Source: Utricularia gibba
Lineage: Eukaryota > Plantae > Magnoliophyta
Assembly: GCA_002189035.1 (NCBI GenBank)
Contig: NEEC01000112.1
Location: 11,495 to 75,494 of the forward strand
Direction of reading: 5' to 3'
DNA: 64,000 bases
Shown: positions 1 to 15,400 of the stretch, piece by piece
Layout: every line of letters begins with the position of its first letter
Numbering within the stretch: the stretch's first letter is position 1
Notes under the pieces: model-generated
The model's input: the letters and a program-made list of their open reading frames with translations, nothing else
Told to the model about the DNA's origin: nothing
Database searches by the model: none
Program-made: the position numbers and the translations under genes

Positions 1-3000
1 CCGCCTTAAAACGGCAAGCTATTGCTTGAAAAACCATTTTGAAAACCCAACGTTGATAAATGCATCACATTTTCCGGGCCACAACTGACTATGGCCTGAG
101 CCCGACCCGACCAGCGGAGCGCCTTCTCCAAACCAATTGGGTTCTCATGACATCCTAACTATGCATTACGATTTTCGTCGAGTGCGACTCGATTGGGCAG
201 CCAGACCGAAGACAAAGCTCCAACGACAGCACCCGCCTTAAAACGGCAAGCTGTTGCTTGAAAAACCATGTGGGCAGCCGCCGACAACCCACGTTAATAA
301 ATGCATCACTTCTTTTGACGGGCTACAGCTGACTTTGGCCAAGCCCGACCCGAATTCCGGCCGATCTCGGTGACCCACAAAAGCGCCTTCTCAAGTGTAA
401 AGCATGCTGTTGAAAAAAGCATTTGGGGTGGTCATGAGATCCTAACTTCAATAAAGGTATCACGATTTCGTCGAATGGGATCGGATTGTGCTGTGAAGTC
501 AGACCGAACCTTGGGTCCGGACGAAGTTCCCAACAACAGCACCCGCAAAAAACGACAACTTTTCCTTGAAAAAGCATGTAGGCAGCCGCCGAAAACCCAA
601 CGTTAATAAATGCATCACTTTTTTGGCCGGGCTACAAATGACTATGGCCAGAGCGCGACTCGACCATTTGCTCGATACTAGTGCCAGCCTAGAGCACCTC
701 GTCAAATATAAATCAGGTTGTTGAGAAAACCATTTGGGGCGCTCATGACATCATAACTTCATTAAATGCATCACGATTTTCATCGAGTAGGACCCGATTG
801 GGCTAAGGAGCCAGACCAAACCTTGGGCCCTTACAAAGCTGCCAACGACAGCACCCACCTTAAAACGGCAAGCTGTTGCTTGAAAAACCATGTGGGCAGC
901 CGCCGACAACCCAACGTTAATAAATGCATCACTTCTTTTGACGGGCTACAGCTGACTTTGTCCCCCAAGCCCGACCCGAATTCCGGCCCGATTTGGGTGA
1001 CCCACAAAAGCGCCTTCTCATGTTTAAAGCATGCTGTTGAAAAAAGCATTTGGGGTGGTCTTGAGATCCTCACTTCAATAAAGGTATCACGATTTTCGTC
1101 GAATGGGACCTTATTGTGCTGTGAAGTCAGACCGAACCTTGGGTCCGGACGAAGTTCCCAACAACAGCACCCGCCAAAAAACGACAACTTTTCCTTGAAG
1201 AAGCATGTAGGCAGCCGCCGAAAAACCCAACGTTAATAAATGCATCACTTTTTTGGCCGGGCTACAAATGACTATGCCAGAGCGCGACTCGACCATTTGC
1301 TCGATACTGGTGCCCGCCTAGAGCGCCTCCTTAAATATAAATCAGGTTGTTGAGAAAACCATTTGGGGTTCTCATGACATCCTAACTTCAGTAAATGCAT
1401 CACGATTTTCATAGACTAGGACCCGATTGGGCTCAGGAGCCAGACCGATCCTTGGGCCCTTTCAAAGCTACCAACGACAGCACCCGCCTTAAAACGGCAA
1501 GCTGTTGCTTAAAAAACCATTTAGGCAGCCGCCGAAAACCCAACGTTGATAAATGCATCACTTATTTTCCGGGCTACAACTGACTATGGGCCTGAGCCCG
1601 ACCTGACCTCTGGCCCAATCCCGAACCCCCAAGAGCGCCTTCTGAAATATAAAGTAGAGTGTTGAGAAAACCCAATGGGGTTCTCATGACATCCTAACTA
1701 AAGCAAATGCATTACGATTTCGTCGAGTACGACCCGATTGGGCTTAGTAGCCAGACCGAATCTCGGGCCCTGACAAAGCTCCCAACTACAGCACCCACCT
1801 TAAAACGGCAAGCTGTTGCTTGAAAAACCATTTGGCAGCCGCCGAAAACCCAACGTTGATAAATGCATCACTTATTTTCCGGGCTACAACTGACTATGGG
1901 CCTGAGCCCGACCCGACCTCTGGCCCAATCCCGAAACCCTCGAGCGCCTTCTCAAATATAAAGTAGAGTGTTGAGAAAACCCATTGGGGTTCTCATGACA
2001 TCCTAACTAAAGCAAATGCATTACGATTTCGTCGAGTACGACCCGATTGGGCTTAGTAGCCAGATCGAATCTCGGGCCCTGACAAAGCTCCCAACTATAG
2101 CACCCGCCTTAAAACGGCAAGCTATTGCTTGAAAAACCATTTAGGCAGCCGCTGAAAACCCAACGTTGATAAATGCATCACTTATTTTCCGGGCCACAAC
2201 TGACTATGGGCCTGAGCCCGACCCGACCACTGGACCAATCCCGATACCCCCAAGAGCGCCTTCTCAAATATATAGCAGAGTGTTGAGAAAACCATTGGGG
2301 TTCTCATGACATCCTCACTACAGCAAATGCGTTACGATTTTCGTCGAGTGCGACCGATTGGCTTAGTAGCCAGACCGAATCTCGGGCCGGAAAAAGCTCC
2401 CAACGACAGCACCCGCCTTTAAATGGCAAGCTGTTGCTTGAAAAACCATGTGGGCAGCCGCCGACAACCCAACGTTAATAAATGCATCACTTCTTTTGCC
2501 GGGCTACAGCTGACTATGGGCTCAAGCCCGACCCGAATCCGGCCCGATCTCGGTGACCCACAAAAGCGCCTTGTCAAGTGTAAAGCATGCTGTTGAAAAA
2601 ACCATTTGGGGTGGTCATGAGATCCTAACTTCAATAAAGGCATCACGATTTACGTCGAATGGGATCGGATTGTGCTGTGAAGTCAGACCGACCTTGGGTC
2701 CGGACGAAGTTCCCAACAACAGCACCCGCAAAAAAACGACAACTTTTCCTCGAAAAAAGCATGTAGGCAGCCGCCGAAAACCCAACGTTAATAAATGCAT
2801 CACTTTTTTGGCCGGGCTACAAATGACTATGGGCCAGAGCGCGACTCGACCATTTGCTCGATACTAGTGCCAGCCTAGAGCGCCTCCTCAAATATAAATC
2901 AGGTTGTTGAGAAAACCATTTGGGGTGCTCATGACATCCTAACTTCAAAAAATGCATCACGATTTTCATCGAGTAGCACCCGATTGGGCTCAGGAGCCAG

Positions 3001-6000
3001 ACCGAACCTTGGGCCCTTACAAAGCTGCCAACGACAGCACCCGCCTTAAAATGGCAAGCTATTGCTTGAAAAACCATTCAGGCAGCCGCCGAAAACCCAA
3101 CGTTGATAAATGCATCACTTATTTTCCGGGCTACAACTGACTATGGGCCATAGCCCGACCCGACCTCTGGCCCAATCCCGAAACCCCCCAAGAGCGCCTT
3201 CTGAAATATAAAGTAGAGTGTTGAGAAAACCCATTGGGGTTCTCATGACATCCTAACTAAAGCAAATGCATTACGATTTCGTCGAGTACGACCCGATTGG
3301 GCTTAGTAGCCAGACCGAATCTCGGGCCCTGACAAAGCTCCCAACTACAGTACCCACCTTAAAACGGCAAGCTGTTGCTTGAAAAACCATTTAGGCAGCC
3401 GCCGAAAACCCAACGTTGATAAATGCATCACTTATTTTCCGGGCTACAACTGACTATGGGCCTAGCCCGACCCGACCTCTGGCCCAATCCTGAAACCCCC
3501 CAAGAGCGCCTTCTGAAATATAAAGTAGAGTGTTGAGAAAACCCATTGGGGTTCTCATGACATCCTAACTAAAGCAAATGCGTTACGATTTTCGTCGAGT
3601 GCGACCCGATTGGGCTTAGTAGCCAGACCGAATCTCGGGCCGGAAAAAGCTCCCAACGACAGCACCCGCCTTTAAATGGCAAGCTGTTGCTTGAAAAACC
3701 ATGTGGGCAGCCGCCGAAAACCCAACGTTAATAAATGCATCACTTCTTTGCCGGGCTACAGCTGACTTGGGCAGAGCCCGACCCGAATTCTGGCCCGATC
3801 TCGGTGCCCCACAAAAGCGCCTTCTCAAGTGTAAAGCATGCTGTTGAAAAAACCATTTGGGGTGGTCATGAGATCCTAACTTCAATAAAGGTGTCACGAT
3901 TTTCGTCGAATGGGATCGGATTGTGCTGTGAAGTCAGACCGAACCTTGGGTCCGGACGAAGTTCCCAACAACAGCACCCGCCAAAAACGACAACTTTTCC
4001 TTGAAAAAGCATATAGGCAGCCGCGAAAACCCAACGTTAATAAATGCATCACTTTTTTGGCCGGGCTACAAATGACTATGGGCTAGAGCGCGACTCGACC
4101 ATTTGCTCGATACTAGTGCCAGCCTAGAGCGCCTCCTCAAATATAAATCAGGTTGTTGAGAAAAACATTTGGGGTGCTCATGACATCTAACTTCAAAAAA
4201 TGCATCACGATTTCATCGAGTAGCACCCGATTGGGCTCAGGAGCCAGACCGAACCTTGGGCCCTTACAAAGCTGCCAACGACAGCACCCGCCTTAAAATG
4301 GCAAGCTATTGCTTGAAAAACCATTCAGGCAGCCGCCGAAAACCCAACGTTGATAAATGCATCACTTATTTTCCGGGCTACAACTGACTATGGGCCTGAG
4401 CCCGACCTGACCTCTGGCCCAATCCCGAAACCCCCAAGAGCGCCTTCTGAAATATAAAGTAGAGTGTTGAGAAAACCCATGGGGTTCTCATGACATCCTA
4501 ACTAAAGCAAATGCATTACGATTTCGTCGAGTACGACCCGATTGGGCTTAGTAGCCAGACCGAATCTCGGGCCCTGACAAAGCTCCCAACTACAGCACCC
4601 ACCTTAAAACGGCAAGCTGTTGCTTGAAAAACCATTTGGCAGCCGCCGAAAACCCAACGTTGATAAATGCATCACTTATTTTCCGGGCTACAACTGACTA
4701 TGGGCCTGAGCCCGACCCGACCTCTGGCCCAATCCCGAAACCCTCCGAGCGCGCCTTCTCAAATAAAGTAGAGTGTTGAGAAAACCCATTGGGGTTCTCA
4801 TGACATCCTAACTAAAGCAAATGCATTACGATTTCGTCGAGTACGACCCGATTGGGCTTAGTATCCAGATCGAATCTCGGGCCCTGACAAAGCTCCCAAC
4901 TATAGCACCCGCCTTAAAACGGCAAGCTATTGCTTGAAAAACCATTTAGGCAGCCGCGAAAACCCAACGTTGATAAATGCATCTTTTATTTTCCGGGCCA
5001 CAACTGACTATGGGCCTGAGCCCGACCCGACCTGGACCAATCCCGAACCCCCCAAGAGCGCCTTCTCAATATATAGCAGAGTGTTGAGAAAACCAATTGG
5101 GGTTCTCATGACATCCTAACTACAACAAATGCATTACGATTTTCGTCGAGTGCGACCGATTGGGCTTAGTAGCCAGACCGAATCTCGGGCCGGACAAAGC
5201 TCCCAACGACAGCACCCGCCTTTAAATGGCAAGCTGTTGCTTGAAAACCATGTGGGCAGCCGCCGAAAACCCAACGTTAATAAATGCATCACTTCTTTGC
5301 CGGGCTACAGCTGACTTTGGGCACGAGCCCGACCCGAATTCTGGCCCGATCTCGGTGCCCCCACAAAAGCGCCTTCTCAAGTGTAAAGCATGCTGTTGAA
5401 AAAACCATTTGGGGTGGTCATGAGATCCTAACTTCAATAAAGGTGTCACGATTTTCGTCGAATGGGATCGGATTGTGCTGTGAAGTCAGACCGAACCTTG
5501 GGTCCGGACGAAGTTCCCAACAACAGCACCCGCAAAAAAACGACAACTTTTCCTGAAAAAAGCATGAGGCAGCCGCCGAAAACCCAACGTTAATAAATGC
5601 ATCACTTTTTTTGCCGGGCTACAAATGACTATGGGCCAGAGCGCGACTCGACCATTTGCTCGATACTAGTGCCAGCCTAGAGCGCCTCCTCAAATATAAA
5701 TCAGGTTGTTGAGAAAAACATTTGGGGTGCTCATGACATCTAACTTCAAAAAATGCATCACGATTTTCATCGAGTAGCACCCGATTGGGCTCAGGAGCCA
5801 GACCGAACCTTGGGCCCTTACAAAGCTGCCAACGACAGCACCCGCCTTAAAATGGCAAGCTATTGCTTGAAAAACCATTCAGGCAGCCGCCGAAAACCCA
5901 ACGTTGATAAATGCATCACTTATTTTCCGGGCTACAACTGACTATGGGCCATAGCCCGACCCGACCTCTGGCCCAATCCCGAAACCCCCCAAGAGCGCCT

Positions 6001-6976
6001 TCTGAAATATAAAGTAGAGTGTTGAGAAAACCCATTGGGGTTCTCATGACATCCTAACTAAAGCAAATGCATTACGATTTCGTCGAGTACGACCCGATTG
6101 GGCTTAGTAGCCAGACCGAATCTCGGGCCCTGACAAAGCTCCCAACTATAGCACCCGCCTTAAAACGGCAAGCTATTGCTTGAAAAACCATTTAGGCAGC
6201 CGCGAAAACCCAACGTTGATAAATGCATCACTTATTTTCCGGGCCACAACTGACTATGGGCCTGAGCCCGACCCGACCACTGGACCAATCCCGATACCCC
6301 CCAAGAGCGCCTTCTCAATATATAGCAGAGTGTTGAGAAAACCAATTGGGGTTCTCATGACATCCTAACTACAACAAATGCATTACGTTTTTTCGTCGAG
6401 TGCGACCGATTGGGCTTAGTAGCCAGACCGAATCTCGGGCCGGACAAAGCTCCCAACGACAGCACCCGCCTTTAAATGGCAAGCTGTTGCTTGAAAACCA
6501 TGTGGGCAGCCGCCGACAACCCAACGTTAATAATGCATCACTTTTTTTGCCGGGCTACAACTGATTTTGGGCTCAAGACCGACCCGAATCCGGCCCGATC
6601 TCGGTGACCCACAAAAGCGCCTCTCAAGTGTAAAGCATGCTGTTGAAAAAACCATTTGGGGTGGTCATGAGATCCTAACTTCAATAAAGGTATCACGATT
6701 TTCGTCGAATGGGACCGGATTGTGCTGTGAAGTCAGACCGAACCTTGGTCCGGACAAAGTTCCCAACGACAGCACCCACCAAAAAACGACAACTTTTCCT
6801 TCAAAAAGCATGTAGGCAGCCACCGAAAACCCAACGTTAATAAATGCATCACTTTTTGGCCGGGCTACAAATGACTATGGGCCAGAGCGCGACTCGACCA
6901 TTTGCTCGATACTGGTGCCCGCCTAGAGCGCCTCCTCAAATATAAATCAGGTTGTTGAGAAAACCATTTGGGGTTC
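1..6976 (+). repeat. Divergent patchwork domain: D*-A-G-A-B-C-C-D-A-B-C-D-A-B-C-C-D-A-B-C-D-A
   Basis: Monomer starts 145, 432, 743, 1059, 1372, 1684, 1993, 2304, 2615, 2929, 3243, 3555, 3866, 4178, 4488, 4798, 5106, 5418, 5731, 6044, 6355, 6665. Carries private variants (GGTATCACG, CTGGTGCCC, GGCCACAAC, GAATTC) not seen in the homogeneous domain. G = B-head/D-tail chimera. Confidence 0.85.
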
Positions 6977-9468
6977 TCATGACATCCTAACTTCAAAATG
7001 CATCACGATTTTCGTCGACCGATTGGGCTCAGGAGCAGACCGAACCTTGGGACCTTACAAAGCTCCCAACGACAGCACCCACCTTAAAACGGCAAGCTGT
7101 TGCTTGAAAAACCATTTGGCAGCCGCCGAAAACCCAACGTTGATAAATGCATCACTTATTTCCGGGCTACAACTGACTATGGGCCTGAGCCCGACCCGAC
7201 CTCTGGCCCAATCCCGAAACCCTCCGAGAGCGCCTTCTGAAATATAAAGTAGAGTGTTGAGAAAACCCATTGGGGTTCTCATGACATCCTAACTAAAGCA
7301 AATGCATTACGATTTCGTCGAGTACGACCCGATTGGGCTTAGTAGCCAGACCGAATCTCGGGCCTTGACAAAGCTGCCAACGACAGCACCCGCCTTTAAA
7401 CGGCAAGCTGTTTCTTGAAAAACCATTTAGCAGCCGCCGAAAACCCAACGTTGATAAATGCATCACTTATTTTCCGGGCTACAACTGACTATGGGCCCGA
7501 GCGCGACTCGACCATTTGCTCGATACTAGTGCCAGCCTAGAGCGCCTCCTCAAATATAAATCAGGTTGTTGAGAAAACCATTTGGGGTGCTCATGACATC
7601 CTAACTTCAAAAATGCATCACGATTTTCATCGAGTAGCACCCGATTGGGCTCAGGAGCCAGACCGAACCTTGGGCCCTTACAAAGCTGCCAAAGACAGCA
7701 CCCGCCTTAAAATGGCAAGCTATTGCTTGAAAAACCATTCAGGCAGCCGCCGAAAACCCAACGTTGATAAATGCATCACTTATTTTCCGGGCTACAACTG
7801 ACTATGGGCCATAGCCCGACCCGACCTCTGGCCCAATCCCGAAACCCCCAAGAGCGCCTTCTAAAATATAAAGTAGAGTGTTGAGAAAACCCATTGGGGT
7901 TCTCATGACATCCTAACTAAAGCAAATGCATTACGATTTCGTCGAGTACGACCCGATTGGGCTTAGTAGCCAGACCGAATCTCGGGCCCTGACAAAGCTG
8001 CCAACGACAACACCCGCCTTAAAATGGCAAGCTATTGCTTGAAAAACCATTTAGGCAGCCGCCGAAAACCCAACGTTGATAAATGCATCACTTATTTGGC
8101 CGGGCTACAAATGACTATGGGCCAGAGCGCGACTCGACCATTTGCTCGATACTAGTGCCAGCCTAGAGCGCCTCCTCAAATATAAATCAGGTTGTTGAGA
8201 AAACCATTTGGGGTTCTCATGACATCCTAACTTCAAAAAATGCATCACGATTTTCATCGAGTAGCACCCGATTGGGCTCAGGAGCCAGACCGAACCTTGG
8301 GCCCTTACAAAGCTCCCAACTACAGCACCCACCTTAAAACGGCAAGCTGTTGCTTGAAAAACCATTTAGGCAGCCGCCGAAAACCCATCGTTGATAAATG
8401 CATCACTTATTTTCCGGGCTACAACTGACTATTGGCCTGAGCCCGACCCGACCTCTGGCCCAATCCCGAAACCCCCAAGAGCGCCTTCTGAAATATAAAG
8501 TAGAGTGTTGAGAAAACCCATTGGGGTTCTCATGACATCCTAACTAAAGCAAATGCATTACGATTTCGTCGAGTACGACCCGATTGGGCTTAGTAGCCAG
8601 ACCGAATCTCGGGCCTGACAAAGCTGCCAACGACAACACCCGCCTTAAAATGGCAAGCTATTGCTTGAAAAACCATTTAGGCAGCCGCCGAAAACCCAAC
8701 GTTGATAAATGCATCACTTATTTGGCCGGGCTACAAATGACTATGGGCCAGAGCGCGACTCGACCATTTGCTCGATACTAGTGCCAGCCTAGAGCGCCTC
8801 CTCAAATATAAATCAGGTTGTTGAGAAAACCATTTGGGGTGCTCATGACATCCTAACTTCAAAAAATGCATCACGATTTTCATCGAGTAGCACCCGATTG
8901 GGCTCAGGAGCCAGACCGAACCTTGGGCCCTTACAAAGCTGCCAACGACAGCACCCGCCTTAAAATGGCAAGCTATTGCTTGAAAAACCATTCAGGCAGC
9001 CGCCGAAAACCCAACGTTGATAAATGCATCACTTATTTTCCGGGCTACAACTGACTATGGGCCATAGCCCGACCCGACCTCTGGCCCAATCCCGAAACCC
9101 CCCAAGAGCGCCTTCTGAAATATAAAGTAGAGTGTTGAGAAAACCCATTGGGGTTCTCATGACATCCTAACTAAAGCAAATGCATTACGATTTCGTCGAG
9201 TACGACCCGATTGGGCTTAGTAGCCAGATCGAATCTCGGGCCCTGACAAAGCTCCCAACTACAGCACCCGCCTTAAAACGGCAAGCTATTGCTTGAAAAA
9301 CCATTTAGGCAGCCGCCGAAAACCCAACGTTGATAAATGCATCACTTATTTTCCGGGCTACAACTGACTATGGCCTGAGCCCGACCCGACCTCTGGCCCA
9401 ATCCCGAAACCCCCCAAGAGCGCCTTCTGAAATATAAAGTAGAGTGTTGAGAAAACCCATTGGGGTTC
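6977..9468 (+). repeat. E/B dimer zone (B-E-B-E-B-E-B-C), ~625 bp period
   Basis: Starts 6977 B, 7279 E, 7591 B, 7903 E, 8217 B, 8530 E, 8843 B, 9157 C. E has a C-type head and an A-type tail (...CCGGGCTACAA...GAGCGCGACTCG...ACTAGT). Confidence 0.85.
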
Positions 9469-12400
9469 TCATGACATCCTAACTAAAGCAAATGCATTAC
9501 GATTTCGTCGAGTACGACCCGATTGGGCTTAGTAGCCAGACCGAATCTCGGGCCTTGACAAAGCTGCCAACGACAACCCGCCTTAAAATGGCAAGCTATT
9601 GCTTGAAAAACCATTTAGGCAGCCGCCGAAAACCCAACGTTGATAAATGCATCACTTATTTGGCCGGGCTACAAATGACTATGGGCCCGAGCGCGACTCG
9701 ACCATTTGCTCGATACTAGTGCCAGCCTAGAGCGCCTCCTCAAATATAAATCAGGTTGTTGAGAAAACCATTTGGGGTGCTCATGACATCCTAACTTCAA
9801 AAAATGCATCACGATTTTCATCGAGTAGCACCCGATTGGGCTCAGGAGCCAGACCGAACCTTGGGCCCTTACAAAGCTGCCAAGACAGCACCCGCCTTAA
9901 AATGGCAAGCTATTGCTTGAAAAACCATTCAGGCAGCCGCCGAAAACCCAACGTTGATAAATGCATCACTTATTTTCCGGGCTACAACTGACTATGGGCC
10001 ATAGCCCGACCCGACCTCTGGCCCAATCCGAAACCCCCCAAAAGCGCCTTCTGAAATATAAAGTAGAGTGTTGAGAAAACCCATTGGGGTTCTCATGACA
10101 TCCTAACTAAAGCAAATGCATTACGATTTCGTCGAGTACGACCCGATTGGGCTTAGTAGCCAGACCGAATCTCGGGCCTTGACAAAGCTGCCAACGACAA
10201 CACCCGCCTTAAAATGGCAAGCTATTGCTTGAAAAACCATTTAGGCAGCCGCCGAAAACCCAACGTTGATAAATGCATCACTTATTTGGCCGGGCTACAA
10301 ATGACTATGGGCCGAGCGCGACTCGACCATTTGCTCGATACTAGTGCCAGCCTAGAGCGCCTCCTCAAATATAAATCAGGTTGTTGAGAAAACCATTTGG
10401 GGTGCTCATGACATCCTAACTTCAAAAAATGCATCACGATTTTCATCGAGTAGCACCCGATTGGGCTCAGGAGCCAGACCGAACCTTGGGCCCTTACAAA
10501 GCTGCCAAAGACAGCACCCGCCTTAAAATGGCAAGCTATTGCTTGAAAAACCATTCAGGCAGCCGCCGAAAACCCAACGTTGATAAATGCATCACTTATT
10601 TTCCGGGCTACAACTGACTATGGGCCATAGCCCGACCCGACCTCTGGCCCAATCCCGAAACCCCCCAAGAGCGCCTTCTAAAATATAAAGTAGAGTGTTG
10701 AGAAAACCCATTGGGGTTCTCATGACATCCTAACTAAAGCAAATGCATTACGATTTCGTCGAGTACGACCCGATTGGGCTTAGTAGCCAGACCGAATCTC
10801 GGGCCCTGACAAAGCTGCCAACGACAACACCCGCCTTAAAATGGCAAGCTATTGCTTGAAAAACCAATTAGGCAGCCGCCGAAAACCCAACGTTGATAAA
10901 TGCATCACTTATTTGGCCGGGCTACAAATGACTATGGGCCAGAGCGCGACTCGACCATTTGCTCGATACTAGTGCCAGCCTAGAGCGCCTCCTCAAATAT
11001 AAATCAGGTTGTTGAGAAAACCATTTGGGGTGCTCATGACATCCTAACTTCAAAAAATGCATCACGATTTTCATCGAGTAGCACCCGATTGGGCTCAGGA
11101 GCCAGACCGAACCTTGGGCCCTTACAAAGCTGCCAACGACAGCACCCGCCTTAAAATGGCAAGCTATTGCTTGAAAAACCATTCAGGCAGCCGCCGAAAA
11201 CCCAACGTTGATAAATGCATCACTTATTTTCCGGGCTACAACTGACTATGGGCCATAGCCCGACCCGACCTCTGGCCCAATCCCGAAACCCCCCAAGAGC
11301 GCCTTCTGAAATATAAAGTAGAGTGTTGAGAAAACCCATTGGGGTTCTCATGACATCCTAACTAAAGCAAATGCATTACGATTTCGTCGAGTACGACCCG
11401 ATTGGGCTTAGTAGCCAGACCGAATCTCGGGCCCTGACAAAGCTCCCAACTATAGCACCCACCTTAAAACGGCAAGCTGTTGCTTGAAAAACCATTTAGG
11501 TAGCCGCCGAAAACCCATCGTTGATAAATGCATCACTTATTTTCCGGGCTACAACTGACTATTGGCCTGAGCCCGACCCGACCTCTGGCCCAATCCCGAA
11601 ACCCTCCGAGAGCGCCTTCTCAAATATATAGCAGAGTGTTGAGAAAACCCATTGGGGTTCTCATGACATCCTAACTACATCAAATGCGTTACGATTTTCG
11701 TCGAGTGCGACCCGATTGGGCTTAGTAGCCAGACCGAATCTCGGGCCGGACAAAGCTCCCAACGACAGCACCCGCCTTTAAATGGCAAGCTGTTGCTTGA
11801 AAAACCATGTGGGCAGCCGCCGACAACCCAACGTTAATAAATGCATCACTTCTTTTGCCGGGCTACAGCTGACTTTGGGCTCAAGCCCGACCCGAATCCG
11901 GCCCGATCTCGGTGACCCACAAAAGCGCCTTGTCAAGTGTAAAGCATGCTGTTGAAAAAACCAGTTGGGGTGGTCATGAGATCCTAACTTCAATAAAGGC
12001 ATCACGATTTACGTCGAATGGTATCGGATTGTGCTGTGAAGTCAGACCGAACCTTGGGTCCGGACGAAGTTGCCAACAACAGCACCCGCAAAAAAACGAC
12101 AACTTTTCCTCGAAAAAAGCATGTAGGCAGCCGCCGAAAACCCAACGTTAATAAATGCATCACTTTTTTGGCCGGGCTACAAATGACTATGGGCCAGAGC
12201 ACGACTCGACCATTTGCTCGATACTAGTGCCAGCCTAGAGCGCCTCCTCAAATATAAATCAGGTTGTTGAGAAAACCATTTGGGGTGCTCATGACACCTA
12301 ACTTCAAAAAATGCATCACGATTTTCATCGAGTAGCACCCGATTGGGCTTAGTAGCCAGACCGAATCTCGGGCCCTGACAAAGCTCCCAACTACAGCACC

Positions 12401-15400
12401 CACCTTAAAACGGCAAGCTGTCGCTTGAAAAACCATTTAGGCAGCCGCCGAAAACCCATCGTTGATAAATGCATCACTTATTTTCCGGGCTACAACTGAC
12501 TATTGGCCTGAGCCCGACCCGACCTCTGGCCCAATCCCGAAACCCCCCAAGAGCGCCTTCTGAAATATAAAGTAGAGTGTTGAGAAAACCCATTGGGGTT
12601 CTCATGACATCCTAACTAAAGCAAATGCATTACGATTTCGTCGAGTACGACCCGATTGGGCTTAGTAGCCAGACCGAATCTCGGGCCCTGACAAAGCTGC
12701 CAACGACAACACCCGCCTTAAAATGGCAAGCTATTGCTTGAAAAACCATTTAGGCAGCCGCCGAAAACCCAACGTTGATAAATGCATCACTTATTTGGCC
12801 GGGCTACAAATGACTATGGGCCCGAGCGCGACTCGACCATTTGCTCGATACTAGTGCCAGCCTAGAGCGCCTCCTCAAATATAAATCAGGTTGTTGAGAA
12901 AACCATTTGGGGTGCTCATGACATCCTAACTTCAAAAAATGCATCACGATTTTCATCGAGTAGCACCCGATTGGCTCAGGAGCCAGACCGAACCTTGGGC
13001 CCTTACAAAGCTGCCAAAGACAGCACCCGCCTTAAAATGGCAAGCTATTGCTTGAAAAACCATTCAGGCAGCCGCCGAAAACCCAACGTTGATAAATGCA
13101 TCACTTATTTTCCGGGCTACAACTGACTATGGGCCTAGCCCGACCCGACCTCTGGCCCAATCCGAAACCCCCAAGAGCGCCTTCTGAAATATAAAGTAGA
13201 GTGTTGAGAAAACCCATTGGGGTTCTCATGACATCCTAAATAAAGCAAATGCATTACGATTTCGTCGAGTACGACCCGATTGGGCTTAGTAGCCAGACCG
13301 AATCTCGGGCCTTGACAAAGCTCCCAACGACAACACCCGCCTTAAAATGGCAAGCTATTGCTTGAAAAACCATTTAGGCAGCCGCCGAAAACCCAACGTT
13401 GATAAATGCATCACTTATTTGGCCGGGCTACAAATGACTATGGGCCGAGCGCGACTCGACCATTTGCTCGATACTAGTGCCAGCCTAGAGCGCCTCCTCA
13501 AATATAAATCAGGTTGTTGAGAAAACCATTTGGGGTGCTCATGACATCCTAACTTCAAAAAAATGCATCACGATTTTCATCGAGTAGCACCCGATTGGGC
13601 TCAGGAGCCAGACCGAACCTTGGGCCCTTACAAAGCTGCCAAAGACAGCACCCGCCTTAAAATGGCAAGCTATTGCTTGAAAAACCATTCAGGCAGCCGC
13701 CGAAAACCCAACGTTGATAAATGCATCACTTATTTTCCGGGCTACAACTGACTATGGGCCATAGCCCGACCCGACCTCTGGCCCAATCCCGAAACCCCCC
13801 AAGAGCGCCTTCTAAAATATAAAGTAGAGTGTTGAGAAAACCCATTGGGGTTCTCATGACATCCTAACTAAAGCAAATGCATTACGATTTCGTCGAGTAC
13901 GACCCGATTGGGCTTAGTAGCCAGACCGAATCTCGGGCCCTGACAAAGCTGCCAACGACAACACCCGCCTTAAAATGGCAAGCTATTGCTTGAAAAACCA
14001 TTAGGCAGCCGCCGAAAACCCAACGTTGATAAATGCATCACTTATTTGGCCGGGCTACAAATGACTATGGGCCAGAGCGCGACTCGACCATTTGCTCGAT
14101 ACTAGTGCCAGCCTAGAGCGCCTCCTCAAATATAAATCAGGTTGTTGAGAAAACCATTTGGGGTGCTCATGACATCCTAACTTCAAAAAATGCATCACGA
14201 TTTTCATCGAGTAGCACCCGATTGGGCTCAGGAGCCAGACCGAACCTTGGGCCCTTACAAAGCTGCCAACGACAGCACCCGCCTTAAAATGGCAAGCTAT
14301 TGCTTGAAAAACCATTCAGGCAGCCGCCGAAAACCCAACGTTGATAAATGCATCACTTATTTTCCGGGCTACAACTGACTATGGGCCATAGCCCGACCCG
14401 ACCTCTGGCCCAATCCCGAAACCCCCAAGAGCGCCTTCTGAAATATAAAGTAGAGTGTTGAGAAAACCCATTGGGGTTCTCATGACATCCTAACTAAAGC
14501 AAATGCATTACGATTTCGTCGAGTACGACCCGATTGGGCTTAGTAGCCAGACCGAATCTCGGGCCCTGACAAAGCTCCCAACTATAGCACCCACCTTAAA
14601 ACGGCAAGCTGTTGCTTGAAAAACCATTTAGGTAGCCGCCGAAAACCCATCGTTGATAAATGCATCACTTATTTTCCGGGCTACAACTGACTATTGGCCT
14701 GAGCCCGACCCGACCTCTGGCCCAATCCCGAAACCCTCCGAGAGCGCCTTCTCAAATATATAGCAGAGTGTTGAGAAAACCCATTGGGGTTCTCATGACA
14801 TCCTAACTACATCAAATGCGTTACGATTTTCGTCGAGTGCGACCCGATTGGGCTTAGTAGCCAGACCGAATCTCGGGCCGGACAAAGCTCCCAACGACAG
14901 CACCCGCCTTTAAATGGCAAGCTGTTGCTTGAAAAACCATGTGGGCAGCCGCCGACAACCCAACGTTAATAAATGCATCACTTCTTTTGCCGGGCTACAG
15001 CTGACTTTGGGCTCAAGCCCGACCCGAATCCGGCCCGATCTCGGTGACCCACAAAAGCGCCTTGTCAAGTGTAAAGCATGCTGTTGAAAAAACCAGTTGG
15101 GGTGGTCATGAGATCCTAACTTCAATAAAGGCATCACGATTTACGTCGAATGGTATCGGATTGTGCTGTGAAGTCAGACCGAACCTTGGGTCCGGACGAA
15201 GTTGCCAACAACAGCACCCGCAAAAAACGACAACTTTTCCTCGAAAAAAGCATGTAGGCAGCCGCCGAAAACCCAACGTTAATAAATGCATCACTTTTTG
15301 GCCGGGCTACAAATGACTATGGGCCAGAGCACGACTCGACCATTTGCTCGATACTAGTGCCAGCCTAGAGCGCCTCCTCAAATATAAATCAGGTTGTTGA

